From positions 13,082 through 77,081 of IMG/VR virus record IMGVR_UViG_3300028030_000009: 64,000 bases of DNA; one strand, 5' to 3'. The notes under the pieces were generated by a model. The model was given only the letters and a program-made list of their open reading frames with translations, was not told the DNA's origin and did no database searches. Position numbers and translations under genes: made by a program. Source of the stretch: a virus. Numbering within the stretch: position 1 is the first letter of the stretch; the number at the start of each line of letters is the position of its first letter. This document shows, one piece after another, positions 47,851 to 57,388 of the stretch.

Positions 47851-49185
47851 CTATACAACAGGCATGTCAATCATGACATCATCAAGAGTATCCTCTGTGT
47901 ACGTCACAACATCAACTGGGTATGACGATGCTGGCCTATCTGTGAACTTGACGCTAGGCGACACAAAATGTGTATGAGCTGTCCCGGTCATACCGTCCCT
48001 GTTTTTCAACACGATAAGCTCTGCGTCATTCACTGGCGGCTCTTTTTCGCCGGTTTCCCTTGATTTGTAATACGATGGCCTGTAGAGGCCAATTACAACA
48101 TCGGCATCCTCTTCTATCGCCCCAGACTCCCTGAGGTCAGATAGCTGAGGTCTTTTATTCGGCCTACTCTCTATTGAGCGGCTCAGCTGAGACAGTAGCC
48201 ATACTTTGACGTCAAGTTCCTTTGCCAGTCGCTTGAGAGTCTTTGTGACGCCGCTAACCCACAAATGCATATTCTTGTCTGCAGTTGAACTCTTCTTGAT
48301 GTATGTCAAGTGGTCAACAAAAATGTTTTTAACACTTGGGTGCTCACGCTTTATCGCCATGGATAGGTTGAAGATGTCAGTCTCAGTAACACTGCTGTCA
48401 ACGATAAAATAGTTGCTGGCATTCGCTATCTTATCCCTTGCCCGCTTATAGGCATCAAAGTCGCTTATTTCGCCTCTTTTTATTTCTGATACTGGGATTT
48501 CTGCCTCGTTAGCTATCAATCTTGTCATGATTGCTTCAGATGGCATTTCAAGCGAGAAGAACAATGAGCCCTCTCTTTTTTTAAGAAGGTGCCATTGGAC
48601 TGTGGCAATGAATCCCGTCTTCCCCATAGATGGCCTTGCAGCAACCACAATTAGTGAGCCTGGCGCTATGTTAACCATATTGTCAAGTTCGGCTATTCCT
48701 GTGCCGTGGTCAATGATTGGATTTTGTATCATCTTCTCCATTCTCTCCACAATCTCCATGTTGGATTCTATTGGAGTTTTTGTGGATATATCTGGAACCT
48801 TCAGTTCGTCTGCTGTTACGTCTTCGCCGTTCATGAGCTTTTGCTTGACTTCATCCAGACGCTTTATTGCTTCGCGCCTTCCGAACGACTCTATCACGAC
48901 CTCTGCAGCAGACACCATCGCATCCCTTGATAGCGGCGGGTTGTTTGCGGTTATGTCAAGAACAACTGCCTCTGGCAGCCCGCTTTTTGCTACTGCTACA
49001 AGCTCGTTGAACGGTTGTTTTGAGGCATACGCTGTGATTGCCTCCTCATATATTTTTCTACAGTTATCATCGAAAAAGTGATTTGGCATCAACTTTCCCA
49101 TGACATCTGCCACTCGTCTGACATCGAACATTACGGTAGACGCAATTGAATGTTCAATTGCTGTCGGTGCCAGCTTGCCACTCAT
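47851..49185 (-). CDS. dnaB: Replicative DNA helicase
   Basis: AARPSMGKT, FSLEM, FVDHL, LSQLSR, DLRESGAIEEDAD, KNRDG. Confidence 0.98.
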   Translation of the reverse strand: MSGKLAPTAIEHSIASTVMFDVRRVADVMGKLMPNHFFDDNCRKIYEEAITAYASKQPFNELVAVAKSGLPEAVVLDITANNPPLSRDAMVSAAEVVIESFGRREAIKRLDEVKQKLMNGEDVTADELKVPDISTKTPIESNMEIVERMEKMIQNPIIDHGTGIAELDNMVNIAPGSLIVVAARPSMGKTGFIATVQWHLLKKREGSLFFSLEMPSEAIMTRLIANEAEIPVSEIKRGEISDFDAYKRARDKIANASNYFIVDSSVTETDIFNLSMAIKREHPSVKNIFVDHLTYIKKSSTADKNMHLWVSGVTKTLKRLAKELDVKVWLLSQLSRSIESRPNKRPQLSDLRESGAIEEDADVVIGLYRPSYYKSRETGEKEPPVNDAELIVLKNRDGMTGTAHTHFVSPSVKFTDRPASSYPVDVVTYTEDTLDDVMIDMPVV

Positions 49186-49559
49186 ATCTTATTCACCATT
49201 GCGCACTTTGTAAGAGTAGCAGTAACAAGTGCATCGACGAGCCGCTGGATGTTTCTAGTAGCATCCTTGCCTATTTTGACAACCATACTTTTTGAGTCGT
49301 CTGACAAGATTACGTTTGCTCCCTCGACGATTGATACGTTTGCCTTTGCTTTCTCAAGCTCCACATCTCCACCCCTGGACGATGCAATTAGTGTTGATAT
49401 TGTCATGATGTCATTCTGGCTCAAATAGAACTTTACGCCATCATACTCAAGCAGGTACGCATCAAGAGCCTGTGCCGCCTTTACAGATATGATTCCTGTA
49501 ATAACAAGATGCTTTCCATTTGATGCAGGAATCCTTATTGAGGGACCTTTTATTGCCAT
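49182..49559 (-). CDS. Hypothetical protein
   Basis: Coupled ORF between the initiator and the helicase. Confidence 0.7.
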   Translation of the reverse strand: MAIKGPSIRIPASNGKHLVITGIISVKAAQALDAYLLEYDGVKFYLSQNDIMTISTLIASSRGGDVELEKAKANVSIVEGANVILSDDSKSMVVKIGKDATRNIQRLVDALVTATLTKCAMVNKI

Positions 49560-49888
49560 TATGCTTCCTCCTTTCCGCAGTTAACAAAAACTTTCTCGAT
49601 TGAAGCCCACGTTCCACTGTCAAACTCAACGAATGTGGTGCAGTCAACACTGCTTGGTCTTAGGATTATATCAGCAATCTCTTTCTCTGCTGTACTCCTA
49701 ACAACCTCGTCTTCATCAGAGAAAAATTTACACCTTTCTCCATCAATGTATACATGCCCTATAGTGACGCTTTCCTCGTTCTCAATGGCGTGCTCGATGA
49801 TTTCGCTAGCAGCATCGCGTGCCGAGTCTTTTACAATGTGGCTATGTATCCCGTTTCTATAGGAAAAGAACATTGACACCTTTTTCAT
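49559..49888 (-). CDS. Hypothetical protein
   Basis: ATGA overlap with the initiator. Confidence 0.7.
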   Translation of the reverse strand: MKKVSMFFSYRNGIHSHIVKDSARDAASEIIEHAIENEESVTIGHVYIDGERCKFFSDEDEVVRSTAEKEIADIILRPSSVDCTTFVEFDSGTWASIEKVFVNCGKEEA

Positions 49889-50910
49889 ATAAGCCTTTCT
49901 GTTCTTGCCTTGATTAGCATTTGCCATACTATCTTTGCCTCCTTTCCGTCTATCTTGTTTCCTCTCTCGTAATCATACAGTAGCGGTGGCTCTCCATGTA
50001 GACATAGAGACACGACCTCGCCAGTGTTTTTTCTTTTGTACCTAAAGAATGGTTGGTCTTTTCCATACTTGTGCAACAGAAAGTCAACCATTTCGCTTCT
50101 TGTAGGCTCCTCAGAACGCTTCATCTCCTCCCATAGCCTTGGGAAATGTTGCCGCAGCTTTTTGCCGCTTTGTATGTTTGGCCTCCAGAACATCCCTGCT
50201 GGGTTTGTAAAAATCCACTCAAGGATTCTGTTTACGTCATCTGGAGATACGCCGTCAATTCTGATTAGTCGCTCTATTTCTACAACCCATTTTAAAAATG
50301 ATGCCTCTGATGGTTTTCTGTGTCTTTCTAGACTTGTCTCTATATACTCTCTCAGCTTTTCAGCTAATGCAAGAGCATCTTTATATTTTTCATCAGAGTA
50401 CACCTTTTCTTTTAGACTTCCTCTTTCCTCCTCTCCTGCTTGCGTTGGCCCAGAAGGGTCAACACTATTTGTACTTTTATTATATATATTACTTTTATGT
50501 GTGCCGTTAGGCGATATCGCCTTTTGGCACATCGGGTCTGAACCCGTTTGCTCGTTTTGGCACATCGGGTCTTCGCAAGTGTCATCAGGAAACTGCAGGC
50601 TCAAGCTATCCCGTAGATGATACTCATACCAAAGATTCTGCTGTTCTGCGGTTCTTTGGAGTTTCACCTTTTTAACATACCCTGCCTCAATCAACTCATC
50701 AAGTGCAGAGTTTACAGATTTTTTACCTCCTTTTGTTCCTTTAACGAGACCTTCGATTGTTATGTATCCGTTATCTATATTAGATAGCATCCAGATACGC
50801 AAAAACAATCCGCGAGCCTTGTCAGTGATTGAGTTGTCCCTGATGATGTCGTTGTGAACCATTGTGAAGTTTGCCGTATAAGGCGACTTCACAAACCTAA
50901 CCTGTGCCAT
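49885..50910 (-). CDS. Phage replication initiator (N-terminal wHTH, lambda-O-like C-terminal domain)
   Basis: NFTMVHNDII...KARGL...LDELIEAGYV; FWRPNIQSGKKLRQHF; internal iterons; upstream of dnaB. Confidence 0.85.
   Translation of the reverse strand: MAQVRFVKSPYTANFTMVHNDIIRDNSITDKARGLFLRIWMLSNIDNGYITIEGLVKGTKGGKKSVNSALDELIEAGYVKKVKLQRTAEQQNLWYEYHLRDSLSLQFPDDTCEDPMCQNEQTGSDPMCQKAISPNGTHKSNIYNKSTNSVDPSGPTQAGEEERGSLKEKVYSDEKYKDALALAEKLREYIETSLERHRKPSEASFLKWVVEIERLIRIDGVSPDDVNRILEWIFTNPAGMFWRPNIQSGKKLRQHFPRLWEEMKRSEEPTRSEMVDFLLHKYGKDQPFFRYKRKNTGEVVSLCLHGEPPLLYDYERGNKIDGKEAKIVWQMLIKARTERLI
50472..50572. promoter_or_regulatory. Putative replication origin inside the initiator gene
   Basis: TTTTGGCACATCGGGTCT x2 (50522, 50555), palindrome GGCGATATCGCC 50510-50521, AT-rich tract 50472-50498. 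Confidence 0.65.
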
Positions 50911-52079
50911 TATTTCCCCTTTTTGTCCCAGTTGACAATTAGCGAGATGTTGGTTGTTGTCTCAACGGTCTTCCCTTCGATTATCCATTTCTTGTCGTCT
51001 GGAAGCTTTGAGTTAATCAACTTCGCTAACTCTTTTTTGTTTGGCATAACGTATGAAGGGTTTAGGCGTGCTAACTCAAGAAGCTCTTGGTCAGTATACT
51101 TGCTTGTGTCAACCTCTACCTTCTTATTGCCACCACGAAGCGTGACTGTAACGCCTTTCTTTTTAGCCTTCGATACGCCAGATTTTAGCATAAATTTTTT
51201 AACATCTTCTCCGAGTTTCTTGGCGTTCTTCTCAATATCCTTGAATTCTCGGTACTCTACGGCCTCTTCAGCAATGTCATCAGGAAGCTCTTTCACCTCC
51301 CCTTTCCCAAGGCAATTAAATGCCCACGGACACACTGAGCAGATGTTCCCGACATTGCGTGGGACGTCGTTCACGCTGAATTCCATCGAGTCTTTCTCTC
51401 CGTTCTGCCACTGAATGTAATCCTCGACGACATTCACGAGCGCAAGAGCATCCTCTTCTGCAAGCATAGCTTCTGCCTCGCTGTACTCGATATCGAAGAC
51501 TTTATTTCCTCCGTCGTTCAGCTCAAGCGCCAGCACTTTTGCGTCAATTTCTTCAGGCTGCACTCCCTTTTCTGCAGCGATATATTTAGTCTGTAGACAC
51601 ACCTGCCGCACCCAATAGTCATGTGGCACTTTTGGAATGGCGTTGGTTGTTTTTATCTCGATGAGAATAAACTTCTTGCCACTCTTTTTTGCGCTTTCAA
51701 TAAGCTCAACGGCTTCTGGAAGTGGGTCTTTTCTAGTAAACGGAGCATTAACTTCTATCAAAATATCTGGGTGAACCAATATGAAATTCATTATCGTTTC
51801 GCCTAAATATTCTCCCTGTCTTTCAAAGTTGATTCCAGCAATCTCAAATCGAGACTCAACAACACCCTCAGCCACATTGCCCTTGCGCATACGTATGAAA
51901 TTTTCCAATGTTGGCTCCGGCTCTCCATACAAGATGTTGTATGCAGTTTTTCTAGCGCAACCGGCTACATCAGATGCTCCGATGCGCGCTGTATGACCAT
52001 CAAAAGTCATACGGTCAGATTTTGTTTCTTTCTGCTCCTTCAAAAAAGCTGCTTGCATCAAATCTTGAATCCGACTCAT
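50910..52079 (-). CDS. PD-(D/E)XK exonuclease (Cas4/YqaJ-like recombination nuclease)
   Basis: GASDVAGCARK, HPD...EIKT, WVRQV, CSVCPWAFNC. Confidence 0.8.
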   Translation of the reverse strand: MSRIQDLMQAAFLKEQKETKSDRMTFDGHTARIGASDVAGCARKTAYNILYGEPEPTLENFIRMRKGNVAEGVVESRFEIAGINFERQGEYLGETIMNFILVHPDILIEVNAPFTRKDPLPEAVELIESAKKSGKKFILIEIKTTNAIPKVPHDYWVRQVCLQTKYIAAEKGVQPEEIDAKVLALELNDGGNKVFDIEYSEAEAMLAEEDALALVNVVEDYIQWQNGEKDSMEFSVNDVPRNVGNICSVCPWAFNCLGKGEVKELPDDIAEEAVEYREFKDIEKNAKKLGEDVKKFMLKSGVSKAKKKGVTVTLRGGNKKVEVDTSKYTDQELLELARLNPSYVMPNKKELAKLINSKLPDDKKWIIEGKTVETTTNISLIVNWDKKGK

Positions 52080-52094
52080 ACCTGTTCTCCTTTT

Positions 52095-52331
52095 TTACAA
52101 ATCATAGAAATATACAGAATCGATATCTGCTCCAAGATAGTCAATCTCGTGAGATTTTTCAATTCTATCAACAATGCCGTCACCCTCACTCATCCACGGA
52201 TTTCCATCGTATACGTCATGTATGTATTTTCCGATTGACGCATATCCAGCTCCATGTAAAGCATCTTTGTCATAGTAAATGTTGTATGAGTTGACCATGT
52301 TGTCTACTACAGAAAAAGATGACTTTTCCAT
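52095..52331 (-). CDS. Small hypothetical protein
   Basis: RBS AAGGAGG. Confidence 0.65.
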   Translation of the reverse strand: MEKSSFSVVDNMVNSYNIYYDKDALHGAGYASIGKYIHDVYDGNPWMSEGDGIVDRIEKSHEIDYLGADIDSVYFYDL

Positions 52332-52913
52332 CTATTCCTCCTTAATCCATTTTCCATCTTGGCACACGAAGCCCTTTCTCTTTAGCACATCTGCAGTTTT
52401 CTTTCCAACAGATTCTGCATCGACAATAAATGAGCCAGAATCAACCACATATTGCAGCTTTAGCCTCCTAAGCGTGTCCTCGGTGTCCTCCTCTTTTATT
52501 CTCATTTTTGATGGCTTCTTTGCTTTGGCAGCGGCAACTATTTTTTCACGGTGGCTAATCTCGTCCTTTGTTGCGATTGAGCCATTAAGACCGATTCCTA
52601 GCGCTCCGAGAGCACGTCCTCTTGCAGATGTCTCTGCAGTTTCAAAGTAGTTCCACTTGTTGAACTCTGATGCATCATCCCTCTCCTCTGCAAATCCATT
52701 GCACACGAAGTGTTCGGCACCATCGCTATCTCTTTTGAAAACCTGCGCCTCAAATACTACGCCTCTCACCACCCCGCCTGCCGTCTCAATAGAGAAATGG
52801 CTAGGGATGGTCTTCATGAAGTATCCCTGCGGCATCCATTTCTCGACAAATTCCTTTAGCCTCTCGGCAACAGTAACATATGACTCATTATAGTTATCGT
52901 ACTCCAAGCTCAT
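52332..52913 (-). CDS. Putative ssDNA-annealing/recombination protein
   Basis: YVTVAERL...ETAETSARGRALGALGIG motif; near the exonuclease. Confidence 0.65.
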   Translation of the reverse strand: MSLEYDNYNESYVTVAERLKEFVEKWMPQGYFMKTIPSHFSIETAGGVVRGVVFEAQVFKRDSDGAEHFVCNGFAEERDDASEFNKWNYFETAETSARGRALGALGIGLNGSIATKDEISHREKIVAAAKAKKPSKMRIKEEDTEDTLRRLKLQYVVDSGSFIVDAESVGKKTADVLKRKGFVCQDGKWIKEE

Positions 52914-53085
52914 TTGCACACTCCTCTACTCCTTTAAAATTTCTTATGTCTATGCCATCACAATTTGCATTCATCTTTGTTACATTTATATCAAAGCTCT
53001 TTACGGCTTCTAGCTGTGCGTTTGCTATCAGCGCAGCAACAACAATTGCAAATGTGATTAGAATCATAATCGCTTTGTCGCTCAC
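52894..53085 (-). CDS. Small membrane/secreted protein
   Basis: N-terminal hydrophobic segment; GTG start. Confidence 0.6.
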   Translation of the reverse strand: MSDKAIMILITFAIVVAALIANAQLEAVKSFDINVTKMNANCDGIDIRNFKGVEECANELGVR

Positions 53086-53569
53086 TTTTTCCTCCTCTTC
53101 CTGCTCTTCCTTTTTCCGAACAGATAAATGTCCGGGCTGATGTAATTCTCTATGGGGGCAGCCTCTAGCAACGCATCAGCACGAAGGTAGAGGCTCTCAG
53201 ATGGGCCTTTCTCATCAAGCTCACGATTCAGCGCAGCGAGCTCCATGAGAAATTTGTCAACAGAGAGTTTTTTTCTGCCCCCACTTTTCAGTTTTTTACT
53301 ACTGCAACATCGAACTTCTTTCTAGTTTTGAGTGTTTTTTTAACCACATCCTTGATTGATTGGTCAATCAGGTCGTTCTCATCGATATCAAGGAATTTCT
53401 CCTCTCCGTCAACTACTACAGCAGTTGTTCCATCAAAGCTGACGATGCTACTCGCCGGGATATCCCTGCCTATTTTATCGCTCAGTACCTCCTGCAATGA
53501 TGCAGATAAAAGGTCCGTCGGATTCACTTTTACCTTTTTCTCTTTTCCAAATACAACCTTCACTTTCAT
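53082..53569 (-). CDS. Hypothetical protein, 93 aa (53288-53569), with a predicted -1 frameshift extension to 162 aa (ends 53082)
   Basis: A AAA AAC at 53291-53297 immediately before TGA; the -1 frame is open to 53082 and overlaps the next GTG start. Confidence 0.7.
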
Positions 53570-53683
53570 TCACAACCTCCTTTATTTTCTTCTCAAGTTC
53601 GTGTTTTTCTGCCATCTTTTCCATATCAAAATATGTAACGACAAACACAGGTGACATCATTATAAAAGCAGCAATAAAATATC

Positions 53684-54115
53684 TCATTGTTTGCTCACTT
53701 TCGCAAGGGTCTCGAAGCCATGGCACCCCTTTACCTTCTTGATTTTGTGCGTTACAGGATTCCCTTTTGAATCCTTAACGATTTCACCATACCCATCAAA
53801 CATTACACTATCTTCATTTTGATGTTCGATATTTGTTGGGTATACAAAATCATCTCTATCAGAATACTCATGCGACCTTGCAATGTATTCCGCTACTTTT
53901 TTTGAAACGATATAGTAAACACCGTCTTTCTTTGGAGGAATATTTCCAACAAGTTCCTCCACAGGCTCATAAATGTACGAGTCCATCACCTTTTTTACTG
54001 GCCTGCTAGCACGCTGTAGACGCAACACGTCTTCATATCTAGCAGGACCTGCAACAAAACCACTATCTAGGTCTCTGACCTCGTGGCACGTCAAGTTTAC
54101 AAGCATTTCTGTCAT
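53684..54115 (-). CDS. Phage protein of the NLxxH family
   Basis: VNLTCHEV...PPKKDGVYYIVS...RDDFVYP. Confidence 0.75.
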   Translation of the reverse strand: MTEMLVNLTCHEVRDLDSGFVAGPARYEDVLRLQRASRPVKKVMDSYIYEPVEELVGNIPPKKDGVYYIVSKKVAEYIARSHEYSDRDDFVYPTNIEHQNEDSVMFDGYGEIVKDSKGNPVTHKIKKVKGCHGFETLAKVSKQ

Positions 54116-54632
54116 TTTTCATCTCCCTTAAAATTTGTTCAACGATTCGAACTTTTTTTGCTATAACCTTAACATAATTAGAATTAGGGCCTGCGGCAAA
54201 CCCTCCATTATATGAGGCAACCATGTGCTTCCATACATTTTTTTGTTTCAGCCTTACCCTCCAGTAGTTTTGCCAATACTTAAGCTCCATGAGGGCTGCT
54301 GACACCGAAAAATCGAGGTCACTAATTAGCCTCTCACAAAGCCTGCTCCTATTCCATGCGTTGTTCTTTAACGGTAGCCGCCTGATTAAGGATGATGGCA
54401 TTACGTGAAACACTCCACAGCTTGGGTCTGAAAGGTTAATTGGATGTGCGCCAAGTTGAGATTCCTGCCACGCTATAGCAGCAAGAGTAAGTCCAAGGTC
54501 AAACTTTTTGCCTGCTTCGTAGATATGTAGCATTGTGCTTTTTTGAGCATCTGTTAGTTTTTCGACACTGTAATCTGACGCGCTTAAAATAGAGGCAACG
54601 AGCGCAATTAGAACAAGGACTTTTTTAATCAT
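54063..54632 (-). CDS. SLT-domain lytic transglycosylase with a signal peptide
   Basis: AAIAWQES catalytic Glu, GVFHV, ASYNGG. Confidence 0.85.
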   Translation of the reverse strand: MIKKVLVLIALVASILSASDYSVEKLTDAQKSTMLHIYEAGKKFDLGLTLAAIAWQESQLGAHPINLSDPSCGVFHVMPSSLIRRLPLKNNAWNRSRLCERLISDLDFSVSAALMELKYWQNYWRVRLKQKNVWKHMVASYNGGFAAGPNSNYVKVIAKKVRIVEQILREMKNDRNACKLDVPRGQRPR

Positions 54633-54892
54633 GGCGTACACTCGTTTTTCGATGTATGCATAATAGCTTCAAAAATAGCTGCGCCAGACTCGTGAACTTG
54701 CTGTAGCCTCTCGTCAAGTTCTTTTGCATCAGCCTCAACAAGTAACTTTTGAGTGATTTCTATTGAATTTGCACAGTCGTTAAGGTTTTCGTACATGATT
54801 ATGTTGCCTGTGTCTCTGAATGATTTTGCAAGAGATTTTAGGTAACGAGCCTCATTTATCAAATCTTCGTATAGTCTGCCTTTTTCTGTCAT
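54629..54892 (-). CDS. Hypothetical protein
   Basis: ORF in operon. Confidence 0.7.
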   Translation of the reverse strand: MTEKGRLYEDLINEARYLKSLAKSFRDTGNIIMYENLNDCANSIEITQKLLVEADAKELDERLQQVHESGAAIFEAIMHTSKNECTP

Positions 54893-54896
54893 CTTC

Positions 54897-55400
54897 TCAT
54901 CCTTTTATGTATTTATTTTTTACATCATCAATGCTTTTTCCGGCAAAGCTCCATACACCGTTGTACCTAGCGAAAATTCCATCTGTTCCATAACAAATTA
55001 CAATCTTCTCAGTGAAATCAATTTTTTCGACTTCACAAATAGCCTCGATAGCGTTTGTTACAGAAGGGCATTCCTCGCAATCGTCCTTGTCGTAAATGAT
55101 AACAATATCATTATCGAGCCACTCAATGTTATAAGATGGCATCATTCTGTATGGGTATTGCATGAATAGGTTGCTTTTATAGTCTCTCTGTCCATGCTCA
55201 AAGTGTCTATGCAGACACACTGGTCCCACTCCTGCCTCAACAGAGACAGGGTCTGTTAATGGCTTACCGCAGTACGCACACTTAGCAGATGCTTTTTTGG
55301 TCCTCTTTTTCTTGTTGTTGCAACTTTCTGAAACATCATCAACTACATAATCATCCATTAGTGGCAGCAAGTTATCTTGTACCGACTTTTTATTCATCAA
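54897..55400 (-). CDS. DUF6011-like zinc-finger protein
   Basis: CAYCGKPLTDPVSVEAGVGPVC. Confidence 0.8.
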   Translation of the reverse strand: MMNKKSVQDNLLPLMDDYVVDDVSESCNNKKKRTKKASAKCAYCGKPLTDPVSVEAGVGPVCLHRHFEHGQRDYKSNLFMQYPYRMMPSYNIEWLDNDIVIIYDKDDCEECPSVTNAIEAICEVEKIDFTEKIVICYGTDGIFARYNGVWSFAGKSIDDVKNKYIKG

Positions 55401-55499
55401 ATCCCCCTTATTCTACGGGCAAGCTTTGCAACAGCATTTGCTGCTGGCCTATTTATTTTTGCCAAATTCATGGCAACTAAATATACTGTATCAGCTATT

Positions 55500-55970
55500 T
55501 TATTTTTCATTTTCAACCTCCATGCACTCTTGAAGGATTTTATCAACCCTTTCAAGGTCGTATTTCGCCTGCTCATACATTCTTTTAAAGTGGTCAACCT
55601 TTTGGTTGATGAGCTCCCTTTGTATTTTGTAAAAATGCATTCTTGCAAGCTCTTTGCTTAGGAAATATCTGCCCTCAACAAAGTCCCAAAGGCCATCTTC
55701 ATATTCACAGTCAGTCAATAAGTCTGAGTAGAACAGTTTTCCAAACTTGTCTGAAGACAAAAGAACCTCAACTTTTCTGCATGCCCCAACATCATGCTTT
55801 GACTTCGCCTGAAATGATACCCCATGCTCTGTCGTGATTACTGCTGTAACAGTAAACTCAATTATGTCGATTGAGCATGGGTGATATAGCGTATCACCGA
55901 CAGTAATAGACGAAATTTCTTCGCCACCGTTTATCCTCCCTAATGACTTGATATATGTTTCTGGGCTCAT
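55500..55970 (-). CDS. Hypothetical protein
   Basis: RBS AGGAGG. Confidence 0.75.
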   Translation of the reverse strand: MSPETYIKSLGRINGGEEISSITVGDTLYHPCSIDIIEFTVTAVITTEHGVSFQAKSKHDVGACRKVEVLLSSDKFGKLFYSDLLTDCEYEDGLWDFVEGRYFLSKELARMHFYKIQRELINQKVDHFKRMYEQAKYDLERVDKILQECMEVENEK

Positions 55971-55971
55971 T

Positions 55972-56337
55972 TCAGTCCTCCTTTTTCACACGAATGACAT
56001 CAGTTGTTTTTGCTCCATTTTCGAGCTCAACATACAGCTCTACATCCCATCCAGCAAGCCTCCTGCCAGCGTAGACAGGAGTAATTCTGGACACATACGC
56101 ACTTGAAATTCCGCACTCGTCACACTCAACGGTGATAGGAGCGGTCATGTTTACAAGTTCTGCATCACATTTTGCAAGGAGCTTTTCGCTCCAGATTGCA
56201 CTGAACTTTCCTGTGTCGATGAACATAATATGTACCTCCAGTCTTCTTACATAAGGCCATTTGTTCGGCGCCTCATCTACCCTAAAAAAACAACCTACAA
56301 CACCCTTCCCGTATCGCACAAAGCAAACAATCGACAA
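55972..56337 (-). CDS. Hypothetical protein
   Basis: ORF; start uncertain (possibly MFIDTG). Confidence 0.6.
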   Translation of the reverse strand: MSIVCFVRYGKGVVGCFFRVDEAPNKWPYVRRLEVHIMFIDTGKFSAIWSEKLLAKCDAELVNMTAPITVECDECGISSAYVSRITPVYAGRRLAGWDVELYVELENGAKTTDVIRVKKED

Positions 56338-56415
56338 AATCGACTGCTTGCCTGTGTAACACAGGAAGGGTGCAGTGAAACCAGTTATTTTGCGCCTGCT
56401 GGCCAGGCGTGAGCT

Positions 56416-56592
56416 CTATTCGGCAATGAGCCTTTTGAGCTCTTCTTTTGCGGCGGCTGTCTTCAAGTTGACTGTGTTGTTCTCCTTATCGACGAACAGC
56501 TTATGTCCACTGTCAGACATCATTCTAATCAAAACCCAGGCGCGGTTGCCACCGATTTCAGCTACCTTGGCGTTTTTATATATAAAGCTCAT
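56416..56592 (-). CDS. Small hypothetical protein (58 aa)
   Basis: Manual translation MSFIYKNAKVAEIGG...; strong RBS AAGGAGGAGG. Confidence 0.7.
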   Translation of the reverse strand: MSFIYKNAKVAEIGGNRAWVLIRMMSDSGHKLFVDKENNTVNLKTAAAKEELKRLIAE

Positions 56593-56617
56593 GTTCCCTC
56601 CTCCTTATAGTGGGCGA

Positions 56618-56962
56618 CTACATGAGGCAGTCATCCAGAAACTTGCTCATCTCTTTCTTGTTGTCGAAGAGATAAAGTTTCTCAGGCCTTTTGAGCCCGC
56701 TATAATTGCCTCTGTTTATGAGGCCAGCGTTTGAGTATGTAGAGAGAGCCCATCCGCTGCGCGTCTTCTCGAAGCGGTTAAGGCAATATATTGGGTGCTT
56801 AGTTGCGACTGAAAAATCGCCGTTGTCGAGTTTCCAAGCACCAACTACTTCCTGATAGCCACTTCCTCCATTATGGAGGTCGCGGATTTCAAATCCACGT
56901 GCTTTCGCTGCCTCCTTTATTGCATTCTCAATACCTACTTTTTTCACGTCGATTTCCAGCAT
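56618..56962 (-). CDS. Hypothetical early protein
   Basis: ORF downstream of the structured leader. Confidence 0.75.
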   Translation of the reverse strand: MLEIDVKKVGIENAIKEAAKARGFEIRDLHNGGSGYQEVVGAWKLDNGDFSVATKHPIYCLNRFEKTRSGWALSTYSNAGLINRGNYSGLKRPEKLYLFDNKKEMSKFLDDCLM

Positions 56963-56964
56963 TT

Positions 56965-57165
56965 TCAGCCTTTCCCCTGTCTGAGCCGGGAATGCTCCTC
57001 TCTTCCAACGCGCCCATAGAGCAGGACGGCCTTTAGCGTTGGCGCAGGCACCGTTGATTCAGTGTGCCTACAAGAGCTCCGCAGAGACCTTGTAGCCACA
57101 GCCTCACAAGAGGCGTGCCATGCAGCGTATTTATTTGCGCCCGCTGCTGGCGCAACTCATTAGTC
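56965..57165 (-). ncRNA. GC-rich multi-hairpin intergenic RNA in the early leader
   Basis: Consecutive inverted repeats at 57005-57042, 57047-57068, 57068-57095, 57101-57114 and 57135-57155. Confidence 0.45.
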
Positions 57166-57169
57166 GAGA

Positions 57170-57286
57170 TTAGTCGAGCCCGAGGATGGCGCGGGAGGCC
57201 TCGATAGCCTCCTCTCTACTGCCGTGGACAAAGCCGTCAATGTCCGTCCAGAGGATTTTTGTTCCGACTGTAATCGCTTTTGCCAT
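57170..57286 (-). CDS. First gene of the leftward arm; 38-aa peptide
   Basis: TAAGGAGGTG RBS; MAKAITVGTKILWTDIDGFVHGSREEAIEASRAILGLD. Confidence 0.7.
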   Translation of the reverse strand: MAKAITVGTKILWTDIDGFVHGSREEAIEASRAILGLD

Positions 57287-57388
57287 GGTTCACCTCCTTA
57301 GGTGTAGCTCCACTGCTCTGGCGTACAGTGGAGAAGGGAAGCCGCTTTCGCGGCAACTCACCAAGGCTCTTCATTCAACGCCCTGGTG

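Noticed and set aside
57125-57170. Hammerhead ribozyme (CTAATGAG-stem on the minus strand)
   Set aside because: It lacks the CUGA core and the GAAA after stem II.
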